Shown here one piece after another: positions 1 to 9,697 of a stretch of DNA of 64,000 nt; positions within the stretch are counted from its first letter, which is position 1; every line of letters begins with the position of its first letter. This DNA comes from Acidobacteriota bacterium. Its GTDB lineage: Bacteria; Acidobacteriota; UBA6911; RPQK01; JADFOI01. The notes under the pieces are model-generated. The model saw only the letters and a list, made by a program, of their open reading frames with translations. It ran no database searches and had not been told where the DNA came from. Where the stretch lies: assembly GCA_963663035.1 (NCBI GenBank), contig OY760074.1:2848001-2912000 (forward strand), in the 5' to 3' direction. A program made the position numbers and the translations under genes.

Positions 1-102
1 TTTTCTAGAAAAAAATTTTACCCAGTCCCTCCGGGTGTGCTCTCTTGGAAGGATTAAAGGTTGTATGATGGAAAATGACGGCCAGCAAGGGCCTGAAAAG
101 TC

Positions 103-705
103 ATGATCACTGGGAGAAGGTTCCGCTACATCATCGATCAGGAGACCGAGCTTCGGTTGCTGGAGGAGGAACACACAGAAGAACTCTATGCCCTGACCGA
201 AGAAAACCGGGAATATCTTCGAGAATGGCTCGCCTGGGTAGACAATATTGAATCGGTCTCAGATACCAGAAGGTATATCCAATCTGCAGTCCATCAATTC
301 AACGATGACAGAGGGTTCCAGGCAGGCATTTGGTTTCGAGGAAACCTGGCTGGGATCATCGGTTACCAGAACATGGATTGGCTGAATCGATCGGCCGCCG
401 TCGGTTATTGGGTGGGAGCTGGCTTCCAGGGCAACGGGTTGGCCACCAACGCTTGCGGCGCTTTGGTTGACTGGGCCTTTCGGGAGTGGCGATTGAATCG
501 AGTGGAAATCCGCTGTGCTGTAGAGAATCATCGCAGTCGTGCTATCCCCGAAAGGCTGGGGTTCACGGAAGAGGGAATGGCCTATCAGGCGGAGTGGTTA
601 TACGACGGCTTCGTTGACCTGGTGATCTACGGCATACTGGCGAGAGATTGGAACAAGATCAATTCAAAGCTGAAGGTAGCAGGTTCTCTGAACCATAGCC
701 CGTGA
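103..705 (+). CDS. RimJ/RimL-family GNAT N-acetyltransferase
   Basis: Motifs VGYW...FQGNGLA, LNRVEIRCAVENHRSRAIPERLGF are typical of RimL/YdaF. Confidence 0.9.
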   Translation: MITGRRFRYIIDQETELRLLEEEHTEELYALTEENREYLREWLAWVDNIESVSDTRRYIQSAVHQFNDDRGFQAGIWFRGNLAGIIGYQNMDWLNRSAAVGYWVGAGFQGNGLATNACGALVDWAFREWRLNRVEIRCAVENHRSRAIPERLGFTEEGMAYQAEWLYDGFVDLVIYGILARDWNKINSKLKVAGSLNHSP

Positions 706-1807
706 GCTCCACATAGCCTCGACCGAGCCTCTCACCGCTAGAACTCTGGATCACGACCGTCCCTTCCCAATAATACAGGTCCGATAGAATTTGGCTGCGG
801 TTCTCCTGGTCTGCCACTTGAGAGATGATTTCCAGCTCGAGATTTTCCTGGGCGAGCCTGACAATCCAACGGGAGGGATACTCAGCGCCTGTCTCAGGAC
901 TTTTCCAATACTCCACCTTTTGGATCTCCCAATCCTCCGGCTGCAGGTAACGCACCTCTCCTGACCGGGCAACCAGCGTTCCCTGAGCAAAGTCAGTGGC
1001 TCCGGTCTTGTCACGCAATTGGTAGATCATGAGTTCTCGTCCATCCTCCAGCTGCAAACTAAACCAGTCCCAGCCGACCTGGTTTTCAGCCAGTTGATTG
1101 GAACCGAACTCTTTGTCCATCCAGCTTTCCCCTTCCACCTGGAAGGTTTCTCCATCGAGGGAGAGACTTCCCTGGGTCAGCATCCGGGTGAAGCTATAGT
1201 ATTGGCTGGCTGCGCTGGAACTCTTCCCCTTGCGGCTGTAGCCATCGGGCCCTTGGAAGACCAGGGGTTTTAAGGGATGGGTGGAGAGTTGGAAAGCCAT
1301 GCCGCGGGCGCGGTCCCCCATTTGGAAGTCAAACCCATCGCCGTTCCAGTGAAGCTCCCAGGGGCTGTCCGTTCCTGCAGGTGCTCGGCTCCACACGATC
1401 GGGTTCTCAGGAAAGGACCCCAAGCCTCCCAGAAAAGGAACTTCACGGTAGAGAACTTCGCTGAAGAGGTGCCGTTCTCCGGCCAGGTCAGTGATGGCGG
1501 CGTGTCCCATGATCAGGTTGTGGGCGGCCCACTGTGACTCCAGGGCAAGGGGTCCTGGTCGCAGGCCAATCCGAAAGAAGGTGAACTGATACCCGAAACG
1601 GCGCTGGGGGTTCTCTTGGGAACTGAGGTGGCCGGTGAAGTACCACCACTCGGTTTTATATCCGGAGCGGGCCCAATGATCCTGGGGAAAGGACCAGGAA
1701 TAGTCAGGCCTGGCTTCTTGCCAGTCCAGCTGAGAGGAGAGCAGCGGAGGGAGGAAAAGCAGAGACAGGAGAAGGGTTACCAGACGGGCTCGATTACTGA
1801 AGATCAT
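659..1807 (-). CDS. AttH/CrtC-like secreted lipocalin-fold protein (predicted hydrolase/hydratase)
   Basis: N-terminal signal peptide; FPQDH..TEWWYFTG, SWMDKEFG, GWDWFSLQL, YWEG..GYVELTGY motifs; coupled to ABC genes. Confidence 0.85.
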   Translation of the reverse strand: MIFSNRARLVTLLLSLLFLPPLLSSQLDWQEARPDYSWSFPQDHWARSGYKTEWWYFTGHLSSQENPQRRFGYQFTFFRIGLRPGPLALESQWAAHNLIMGHAAITDLAGERHLFSEVLYREVPFLGGLGSFPENPIVWSRAPAGTDSPWELHWNGDGFDFQMGDRARGMAFQLSTHPLKPLVFQGPDGYSRKGKSSSAASQYYSFTRMLTQGSLSLDGETFQVEGESWMDKEFGSNQLAENQVGWDWFSLQLEDGRELMIYQLRDKTGATDFAQGTLVARSGEVRYLQPEDWEIQKVEYWKSPETGAEYPSRWIVRLAQENLELEIISQVADQENRSQILSDLYYWEGTVVIQSSSGERLGRGYVELTGYGSENLLPSALN

Positions 1808-4316
1808 CGCGACTCAACTCGGTAGCGAGCGTCTCGCTGGCCCGAAAGGCTGGATAAAGGCTGGCCAAAAGGGCGGCTGCCAGGATCGTTGCCGCTTGCT
1901 GCAGGACGGGCCAGCCCGGGAAGTAGACCTGTATGGTCCATCCGAAGTAGGTCCGATTGATGACAAAGATCAAAATGGCCGCCAGAGCGCTGCCCGCCAC
2001 AGATCCCAAGCCCAGTGCGATCAGTCCCATGGCCAGACCCTTCCCCACAAAGATGCGAAAGATCTGCAGACGGCTGGCTCCCAGTGCCTGGTAAAGAGCC
2101 CATTCCGAGATCCGTTCTCGGGCCAACACCAGGAGTGTCAGCATGATTCCACAGACGGCAATCAACAGGCTCATGAGCTGCAGGATCTTGACCACGGCAA
2201 AGGTCTGGTCAAAGATCCGGAAGATTTCCTCTCGCAGGTGTTGATTACTCCGAATCTGGAGGGGGGTGTTGGGAAAGCGGGCCTTGATCTCATCAATGAC
2301 TCGTTCCGGGTCAAGGTCCTGCTCAAGATAGAGGGAAAGACTGTTGATGGAACCTGGCCCAAAGCTGTCCTCCATCAGGGCAAGATCCATCGCCACCGAT
2401 CCCATCTCCGATGTGTAATCGTAGTAGACTCCGGCGATAGGGAACTCCAGTACTCCCTGCCCGCCCCTGACCTGGAGGAGATCTCCCACATGGAGTCGCG
2501 ACTTGCGGGACAGCGGCTCTGCGATGAGAACCCCTCCCTCCTGAACCTGGCGCAGCACCTCCAGCCGATCTCCTTCCAGCAGGGGAAAGCGCGCTTGCCC
2601 GGATGACAATCCCATATCCACCCCAACCATGGAAATCCGTTTGTCTTCTATGGTGACCAGCAGCCGTCGCAGCCGGTCGAAAGCCACCACTCCGGGATGA
2701 TTCACCAGAGCAGCCACCAAGTCCCCATCCACAGTGGCATCGGCTTCCGACCTCCAGGAGGGAGTGGTCAGGTAAATATCCGCTTGTACGGTTGTCTCCA
2801 CCCACACTTCGACAGTGCGGCGGAAACTGCCGATCATCAGGGTGATCCCTATGAGCATGCTGACTGCGATGGCCAGGGAAGCCACCGCAAAGGAAGTCGC
2901 TTGTAGGCGCGTGGCCAGACTTTTCAGGCTGTATCCGAAACCGAAACCGCGGGTTGGAAGCTTTCCCCCAATCTGCTGGACCAGGAAAGGGGTGAGCAGG
3001 GGAAGTGCCAGCAAGACAGCTATGGCCAGCACAAAGCCGGACGGTTTCCAGCTCTGCCCCCAAAAACCATACCAGAGGGCTGTCACGCTCAAAAGAAGCC
3101 AGCCCCCCCCAAACAACGGCCAGGCAAGGGAGCTGGCTTCCTCACGCAGGGTTAAACCCGTCAGTAAGGATTTGCTGCTCTTTCGGCTCATGTCAATGGC
3201 GGGGAGAAATGCTCCAGCCAGGGCACCTCCAAGACCGATGCCTACGGCCAGAGCATACAGAGAGGCAGGGACTTGCAGAGACTCGATTTCGGAGAGGAGA
3301 TAGAGATTGGTCAAAGTAGCACTGACCATGTCCACGTTGAATCTGGCCACCAGGTAGCCCATGGGCAACCCCAGAAGGACACCAAAGATCCCCAGCAAAC
3401 TCACCTCCCCCAAGATGAGACCCAACACCTGTCCTCGAGTCGCCCCCAGCGAGCGCAGCAGTCCAAATTCCAGACGTCTTCTGAGCAGAGATGCCTGGGT
3501 GCTGGTATAGATCAGGAACAATCCCACGAACAGACTGATCAAGCTGAGGGCTGTGAGATTCAAGCGGAAGGCCTCCATCAAGCTGGCCGCCCGCTGTTCC
3601 CGCTGCTCCGGCGTCACCACTTCAACCGATGAGCCCAGCTGGTTTTGAAGGCGCTCGACCAGGTCCTCCTGGTTGGCTCCCTCCTGCATCTGGATATCGA
3701 TTTGATGAATCCGTCCGGAACTCCCCAGAAGACTTTGAACCTGGGCAATGTCCATAACAGCCAGTTTGCGACTGGCCAGGGGACTCACTTTTTGAAAATC
3801 GACCAAGGCCCCGACCACGAGTTTCACCCGTCGCGTCCCGCTGGTGACCTCCAGGGAGTCTCCTATGGACCATCCCATCTCCTGGGCAAGAGAGGGCGTC
3901 AGGGCGATCCATCCCGGCTCGAAGAGAGCTTGGGAAAGATCCTCAGGCGAGCTGCTCCAGGGAAGGCGAGCCGAAGAAAGCAGATCGACTCCGAAAACCT
4001 GAAGAAAAAAGGGATCACGATCCGCCAAAGCGACGTCGATCTGGTAAATCGGCCAGGCGGCTGCTACCCCTTCCACAGCCAGAACCTGGGCATAGAGTTC
4101 CTCGGGAAAGGTGGTGCTCTGACCTAAAACAGTGAGATCCACTTCTCCGCTCACGGCTCTGATTCCGGCGGAAAAGGCTCCCATGGCATTTTGGTTGATG
4201 ATTTGAATGCCCACCACCGAAGCCACCCCCAGGGCTACTCCCACCACTGAGAGGAAGAACAGAGCCGGCGCCTTGTGAAGATGAGCGATCAACGCCCTCA
4301 AGAAATAACGGATCAC
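1794..4316 (-). CDS. FtsX/MacB-type ABC permease (AttF/G-like, double FtsX domain)
   Basis: 840 aa, two MacB-periplasmic + FtsX repeats (RRRLEFGLLRSLGA; RERISEWALYQALGA). Confidence 0.9.
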   Translation of the reverse strand: MIRYFLRALIAHLHKAPALFFLSVVGVALGVASVVGIQIINQNAMGAFSAGIRAVSGEVDLTVLGQSTTFPEELYAQVLAVEGVAAAWPIYQIDVALADRDPFFLQVFGVDLLSSARLPWSSSPEDLSQALFEPGWIALTPSLAQEMGWSIGDSLEVTSGTRRVKLVVGALVDFQKVSPLASRKLAVMDIAQVQSLLGSSGRIHQIDIQMQEGANQEDLVERLQNQLGSSVEVVTPEQREQRAASLMEAFRLNLTALSLISLFVGLFLIYTSTQASLLRRRLEFGLLRSLGATRGQVLGLILGEVSLLGIFGVLLGLPMGYLVARFNVDMVSATLTNLYLLSEIESLQVPASLYALAVGIGLGGALAGAFLPAIDMSRKSSKSLLTGLTLREEASSLAWPLFGGGWLLLSVTALWYGFWGQSWKPSGFVLAIAVLLALPLLTPFLVQQIGGKLPTRGFGFGYSLKSLATRLQATSFAVASLAIAVSMLIGITLMIGSFRRTVEVWVETTVQADIYLTTPSWRSEADATVDGDLVAALVNHPGVVAFDRLRRLLVTIEDKRISMVGVDMGLSSGQARFPLLEGDRLEVLRQVQEGGVLIAEPLSRKSRLHVGDLLQVRGGQGVLEFPIAGVYYDYTSEMGSVAMDLALMEDSFGPGSINSLSLYLEQDLDPERVIDEIKARFPNTPLQIRSNQHLREEIFRIFDQTFAVVKILQLMSLLIAVCGIMLTLLVLARERISEWALYQALGASRLQIFRIFVGKGLAMGLIALGLGSVAGSALAAILIFVINRTYFGWTIQVYFPGWPVLQQAATILAAALLASLYPAFRASETLATELSRDDLQ

Positions 4317-5008
4317 GATTTTTTCAGGACTCCACTCTGGAGTTTCCAGACCTGGTCAGCCAGGCCTGCCAACTCTGCACTGTGGGTCACGTAAACCAGG
4401 GTATTCCCTTCCTGGGAAGCGAGCTTCAGCATCAGATTCATGACCAGGCCGCTATTGCTGTCATCCAGGTTCCCGGTCGGTTCATCGGCAAGCAGCAACC
4501 TGGGTTTTCGCACCAGTGCCCGGCAGATCGCCACCCTCTGCATTTCACCACCACTGAGTTCTTGAATGTTGTCCTCTGCACGATCCAGCAGTCCGACTTC
4601 TTCCAGCAACTCAGAGACCCGAGGCTTGAACTCAGACACTCTCCCTCCGGCAATGAACTCGGGCAAGGCCACGTTTTCCCGAACTGAGAGATGGGGAAGC
4701 AAATAGAAGAACTGGAAAACCAAGCCAATTTCGCGGCGCCTCAAAAGGGTCCGATCGCGTTCGGACAAGGCTGCCAGGTTGTGTCCTCGCATGAAGACCT
4801 CTCCCTGGGTGGGGACATCGATGCCCGCCGCCAGGTGAAGCAATGTGGATTTACCACTTCCACTTCTTCCCACGATGGCCACCTTCTGGCCAGGTGTGAT
4901 GTCAAAGGAAACATCTCGCAGAGCGAATCGGCTCGCTACAGGAGAAGCATCATAGACTTTACTGACCAGGCGAAAGGTGAGTGCCGGCGAGCCGGTCGCT
5001 TCTTGCAT
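4313..5008 (-). CDS. ABC transporter ATP-binding protein (LolD/AttE-like)
   Basis: Walker A GRSGSGKS, LSGGEMQR, LLADEPTGNLD; start placed at ATG 5008 (ORF track start 5038 overlaps pdxH). Confidence 0.9.
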   Translation of the reverse strand: MQEATGSPALTFRLVSKVYDASPVASRFALRDVSFDITPGQKVAIVGRSGSGKSTLLHLAAGIDVPTQGEVFMRGHNLAALSERDRTLLRRREIGLVFQFFYLLPHLSVRENVALPEFIAGGRVSEFKPRVSELLEEVGLLDRAEDNIQELSGGEMQRVAICRALVRKPRLLLADEPTGNLDDSNSGLVMNLMLKLASQEGNTLVYVTHSAELAGLADQVWKLQSGVLKKS

Positions 5009-5010
5009 CG

Positions 5011-5646
5011 CTAGGGTGCAAGCCGTTCGATCTTCCATTGACCATCGGATTGCCGGCTGTAGAGGAGTCGATCGTGCATACGGTTGGGGCGGCCCTGCCA
5101 GAATTCAAGGGTGCTCGGAGCTAAGCGGTAGCCACCCCAATAGGAAGGCAAAGGGATCTCTTTTCCTGCATACTCCGCCATCACCTGCTGAAACCGTTTC
5201 TCGAGTTCCTCTCGGTTGGCAGTCACCTGGCTCTGGCGTGAGGCAAGAGCGCCCACCTGGCTTCCCCGGGGACGGGTTCGAAAGTAGGCTTCCGACTCCT
5301 CTCGGGAGACCTGGACGACTGTTCCAGTCACAGTGATTTGTCGTTCCAGTTGGCGCCAGTAGAAGCACAGCGCTGCCTGCGGATTCTCGGTCAGTTCCGT
5401 ACCCTTGCGGCTTTCGTAGTTTGTAAAAAAGACGAAACCACTTTCATCGAATTTCTTGAGCAAGACCACTCTGCTGGAAGGCTTTCCTTCTGAGGTCGCC
5501 GTGGCCAGGGTGACAGCTTCCGGCAGGATCGGTTCAGCAGCCGCACCCTCTTGAAACCACTGTGCAAACTGTTTAAACGGGTTGGGATCCACCTTCCTCT
5601 TGGTGAGATCGGGCGGGAGCTCCAATGGAGAATTATCCTGTGTCAT
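5011..5646 (-). CDS. pdxH: pyridoxine/pyridoxamine 5'-phosphate oxidase
   Basis: RVVLLK, FFTNYESRK, YFRTRPRGSQ, EFWQGRPNRMHDR...ERLAP. Confidence 0.95.
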   Translation of the reverse strand: MTQDNSPLELPPDLTKRKVDPNPFKQFAQWFQEGAAAEPILPEAVTLATATSEGKPSSRVVLLKKFDESGFVFFTNYESRKGTELTENPQAALCFYWRQLERQITVTGTVVQVSREESEAYFRTRPRGSQVGALASRQSQVTANREELEKRFQQVMAEYAGKEIPLPSYWGGYRLAPSTLEFWQGRPNRMHDRLLYSRQSDGQWKIERLAP

Positions 5647-5706
5647 GGTTGTGATCCGCGGGGTGGTGAGATTTTGGGACAGGCCCAGTGGGGCCAGTCC
5701 CCAATC

Positions 5707-8250
5707 TCACCCTTCCGCTCTGAGAACCTCCAACGGCGAACGATCGCACATTCCCCGGCTATTGATTATACCAATCAAAAGGGTCAACCCCACCACCACA
5801 ACCAAAGCCACCAGAAGCGGCAAGATCTCCACCACAAACTCCGTTTCAAAAACGAAGAAGGCCAAGGCCCAACTGGAAGCGATCGACAGGGTCAAACCCG
5901 TCAGAGCCGCCAGCAGTCCCAAGGAAAAGTACTCGACGGCCAGGATCTTGGTGATTTGATCCCGCGAAGCCCCCAGTGTCCTCAAGAGCACGCTCTCTCT
6001 GGTGCGCTGATAGCGGCTGCTGACCACTGCGCCCACCAGGACAATGAGCCCGGTAAGGATGCTAAACAGGGCCATAGAGCGAATCACCACGGACACTTGG
6101 CTCAACACAGTTTCAACCGTGTCCAGGACCAGTGCAAGATCGATGGTAGAAACATTGGGGAAACGCTCGACCACCATCCGCTGCAACTCAGCCGACGCCT
6201 CTGGAGAATCGGCTCGGGTCATCACCACGTGAAATTGAGGAGCCTCCTCCAGAACCCCGGCCGGAAACACCAGTAAGAAATTCGTTTGGAAGCGCCGCCA
6301 ATCCACCCGGCGAGTGTTCCCAAAAGTGGTCTCGATGGGCACTCCCTGAACATCAAAGACGAGCTTATCCCCTAAAGAGACGTTCAAATCTCTTGCCATG
6401 TCCTCTTCCAGAGAAATCAAAACGAGATCGGAGGGATCCTCCACTCTTGGCTGCCAGGTGCCGCTGAGCAGCTCTTCGGAGTCGATCAAACTGTCTCGGT
6501 AAGTGGCGCGAAATTCTCGGAAAAGCGGCCATCTTCGAACGGATGAATCCCCCGCCTCGGCGATTTCCTCGACTGTTCTGCCATTGACCGAAGCCAGCCG
6601 CATGGTCACGATGGCCACAGATTGCTCGACCGGGAGATCACGCGAGCTGACTAGTTGGATGACCTCTTCCCGTTGATCGCTTTGGATGTCAAAGAGCACC
6701 AGGTTGGGTTGGTCTCCACTGCTGGTCAGAGAGACCTCCTGCAGTAACGTGCCCTGGACCAGGTACAAGGTCGTGATCAGGAAGGTTCCCAGACCGAGGG
6801 AGAGCATCACCACAATGGTCTGATTGTTGGGCCGATGGAGATTGGCCAGGCCCTGCCGCCACACGTAAGGCCATGACTCAGGACAATACTTTCTCACCAG
6901 GAGGGTGATGATCTTGGCGACTGCGGTGAGCAGGAGAAAGACCAGCACAATGGCTCCTGCAAAGGCCAGGCCATGGATCCAGCGCCGCGTCTGAGCCAGG
7001 GCGAAGAGGCAAATGGCACTTCCAATGGCAGTGTAGAGGAGCCATTGGAGGGGCTCCCGGGGAAGGGTCTCCTTCTCTTCGTAGGAGGCTCGCAGTGCCA
7101 GAAGGGGTGAGATCCTGCGCAGAGGTAAAAGAGGGAGCAAGGCAAACAACAGCCCAATAGCCAGCCCCATACCGATCCCCTGTAAAATAGCGACCCAGGA
7201 CACCTCGAAGGGAATCGTGAGGGGCAGGAAGTCCCTCACAATGCGCGGCAGCAGATCCCGAACAGCAACGCCCAGGAGTGCGCCAACGCTGGCCCCAATC
7301 AAACCCATACCAACCGCTTGAATCACATAGATTGAGGTTGCCTGCCTTGAACTGGCACCCAGGCAACGCAATGTAGCAACTGTAGTGAGTTTCTGTTTGA
7401 TGTAGATGTGGATTGCGCTGGCGACCCCGATTCCTCCCAGAAGCAAGGCTATAAAACCCACCAGGCTGAGAAACCGGTAGACGTTCTCCACGGTGCGACC
7501 CAGGCGGGCCCTTCGTTCCTCTACGGTGGTGCTTCTCAACCGGTACTCTCTCAAATGGGGCTGCTCCCTTTCCAGAAGTTGTTCCACATCGACAGCCGGG
7601 TCGAACTTAAAAGAGTTTCTATAACTGACGCGGCCTCCAAACTGAATGAGATCCGTTTGATCCAGATAGGAGAGGGGAATGTAAACACGGGGGCTGATAA
7701 AGGTCTCTGTCATGGTCTCGCCAGGGATCTTTTGAAGCGCTCCAGCAACAGTGAAGGTAAAGGCACCGATCTTCACCGGATCACCGGCAGACACATGGTA
7801 TTGAAGCATCATGCGCTCATCAACGAGGGCATAGGGTCCCTCTCGAAAGCTCTCCGCCGCCTGGCGGGGTGAAGTCTGCAGCTCCCCATAGTAGGGAAAA
7901 TCTCCCTCTATAGCTCTGATCTGGACCAGCCGAGTGCCCCCTGTCTCGGTAAAGTAAACCATCGAAGAAAAGCGTGTTTCGCGGGATTGTTCTCCTCCCA
8001 AGGTTTCAAAGAGTGCTTCAGTCTCCTGGGCAAAGGGCTCCCGGCCGGTAATCACCAGATCGGCTCCCAGCAAGGACTTGGACTGCTCGTTGACCTCCCT
8101 TTCCAGGCTCTCACCAAGAGATTGAATGGCAACCAGGGCAGCCACACCAAGAGTGATGGAGGAGATAAAGAGAAGCAGCCGTTTACGACTGGAGCGGCTT
8201 TCCCGCCAGGCCATCCCCCAAATCCAGCGATCCAGAAAGAAGGGTTTCAT
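5707..8250 (-). CDS. ybbP: YbbP-like ABC transporter permease
   Basis: 847 aa FtsX-type permease, LLGADL, FPYYG, PNLVLFDIQSDQ; downstream of ATPase, divergent from tesA. Confidence 0.8.
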   Translation of the reverse strand: MKPFFLDRWIWGMAWRESRSSRKRLLLFISSITLGVAALVAIQSLGESLEREVNEQSKSLLGADLVITGREPFAQETEALFETLGGEQSRETRFSSMVYFTETGGTRLVQIRAIEGDFPYYGELQTSPRQAAESFREGPYALVDERMMLQYHVSAGDPVKIGAFTFTVAGALQKIPGETMTETFISPRVYIPLSYLDQTDLIQFGGRVSYRNSFKFDPAVDVEQLLEREQPHLREYRLRSTTVEERRARLGRTVENVYRFLSLVGFIALLLGGIGVASAIHIYIKQKLTTVATLRCLGASSRQATSIYVIQAVGMGLIGASVGALLGVAVRDLLPRIVRDFLPLTIPFEVSWVAILQGIGMGLAIGLLFALLPLLPLRRISPLLALRASYEEKETLPREPLQWLLYTAIGSAICLFALAQTRRWIHGLAFAGAIVLVFLLLTAVAKIITLLVRKYCPESWPYVWRQGLANLHRPNNQTIVVMLSLGLGTFLITTLYLVQGTLLQEVSLTSSGDQPNLVLFDIQSDQREEVIQLVSSRDLPVEQSVAIVTMRLASVNGRTVEEIAEAGDSSVRRWPLFREFRATYRDSLIDSEELLSGTWQPRVEDPSDLVLISLEEDMARDLNVSLGDKLVFDVQGVPIETTFGNTRRVDWRRFQTNFLLVFPAGVLEEAPQFHVVMTRADSPEASAELQRMVVERFPNVSTIDLALVLDTVETVLSQVSVVIRSMALFSILTGLIVLVGAVVSSRYQRTRESVLLRTLGASRDQITKILAVEYFSLGLLAALTGLTLSIASSWALAFFVFETEFVVEILPLLVALVVVVGLTLLIGIINSRGMCDRSPLEVLRAEG

Positions 8251-8969
8251 AGAGCCAGGTTCTGAGCCTCCAAGAGGAGATTTTCGTCCGATCGGACGCT
8301 GCCCGATTGGAGACTGATGATCCTCTGCGTCCGCTGAGCCAGTTCCTCATTGTGGGTCACCAGAACCAGAGTGGTTCCGGCAGCTTCATTTAACTCAAAG
8401 AGAAGATCAGAGACCTTCCCGCTGGTCTCTCCGTCAAGATTGCCCGTCGGTTCATCGGCGAAGAGGATTTTGGGCTGGTTGATAAAAGCTCGGGCCAGAG
8501 CAACGCGCTGTTGCTCCCCACCGGAGAGTTGGGCTGGATAGTGATCCAGTCGATCCCCCAGACCCACCTGATTCAACAGATCAATGGCCTGCCTTTTGAC
8601 CCCCGACTCGCCCCGCAGCTCAATGGGGACCACAACATTCTCCAGAGCTGTGAGGGTGGGAATGAGCTGGAATGTCTGGAAGACGAAGCCCACATATTGA
8701 TTGCGAATCTGAGCCAGTTCGTCCTCATTCAAAAGGTTCAATTCGATCCCGTTGAACACCACCGATCCCGAGGTGGCACGATCCAGTCCTGCACACAAAC
8801 CCAGGAGAGTGGTCTTACCGCTGCCGGAAGGCCCCACAATGGCACAGCTAGAGCCCTCATCGATAGAAAAAGAGACATCTCGGAGAACGGTCAGAGTTCT
8901 CTCTCCGCTTCGGTAAGTTTTGGTCAAATTTTCAACCTGTAGAAGGGAGGTTTTTTTCATTTCAATCAA
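8247..8969 (-). CDS. ybbA: YbbA-like ABC ATP-binding protein
   Basis: GPSGSGKT, HYPAQLSGGEQQR, FADEPTGNLD; classic ybbAP/tesA layout. Confidence 0.85.
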   Translation of the reverse strand: MIEMKKTSLLQVENLTKTYRSGERTLTVLRDVSFSIDEGSSCAIVGPSGSGKTTLLGLCAGLDRATSGSVVFNGIELNLLNEDELAQIRNQYVGFVFQTFQLIPTLTALENVVVPIELRGESGVKRQAIDLLNQVGLGDRLDHYPAQLSGGEQQRVALARAFINQPKILFADEPTGNLDGETSGKVSDLLFELNEAAGTTLVLVTHNEELAQRTQRIISLQSGSVRSDENLLLEAQNLAL

Positions 8970-9017
8970 CCGTCATTGTCTGCGCAGAGCAAGTTTTCGT
9001 ATATCATATTAACGTTT

Positions 9018-9695
9018 ATGACTATTCTTCGTCTGGTTTTTCTCTGCTTCACGGTTGGATTTCTAACCACCGCAACTCCCGCTCTTGCCTCTCCGGTCAT
9101 CAGCAGCCAGGGAGAAGCTCTCTCAGAGGTTGGAGAGGATACCCCGGTGATTCTTTTCCTGGGGAACAGCCTGACGGCGGGATATCAACTGAGACCCTCT
9201 CAGGCCTTTCCCGCCCTGATTCAAGAGAAAATTGACGCTCTGGTCTGGAAGTTCAAAGTTGTCAATGCCGGTCTGAGTGGAGAAACGTCAGCAGGCGGCT
9301 TGCGACGTATTGATTGGGTCATGAGGCAAAGGATCGACATCCTCGTTCTGGAACTAGGCGCCAATGACGCGCTGAGGGGAATTCCACTGGATGTGACCGA
9401 GGCCAACCTTCAAGGCATCATCGATAAGGTCCGGCAAAAGAATCCCCAGGTTCGAGTCGCCATTGCCGGGATGCAGGTCCCCCCCATTCTAGGACAGGAG
9501 TATACCGAACAGTTTCGGTCCATCTTTCCCGGGCTGGCCCAAAGAAACCAGGCAGGACTGATTCCTTTTCTCCTGGAGGGAGTGGCAGGAATCGTGGAGC
9601 TGAACCTGGGCGACGGTTATCATCCTAATCCTGAAGGGCATGAGATCGTTGCTGAAACGGTGTGGGAAGTGCTTAAGCCGATTTTGGAGGAATGA
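9018..9695 (+). CDS. tesA: TesA-like SGNH arylesterase/acyl-CoA thioesterase I
   Basis: GNSL, NAGLSGETS, ELGAND, DGYHP catalytic blocks; signal peptide; start uncertain (8976/9018). Confidence 0.88.
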   Translation: MTILRLVFLCFTVGFLTTATPALASPVISSQGEALSEVGEDTPVILFLGNSLTAGYQLRPSQAFPALIQEKIDALVWKFKVVNAGLSGETSAGGLRRIDWVMRQRIDILVLELGANDALRGIPLDVTEANLQGIIDKVRQKNPQVRVAIAGMQVPPILGQEYTEQFRSIFPGLAQRNQAGLIPFLLEGVAGIVELNLGDGYHPNPEGHEIVAETVWEVLKPILEE

Positions 9696-9697
9696 GG

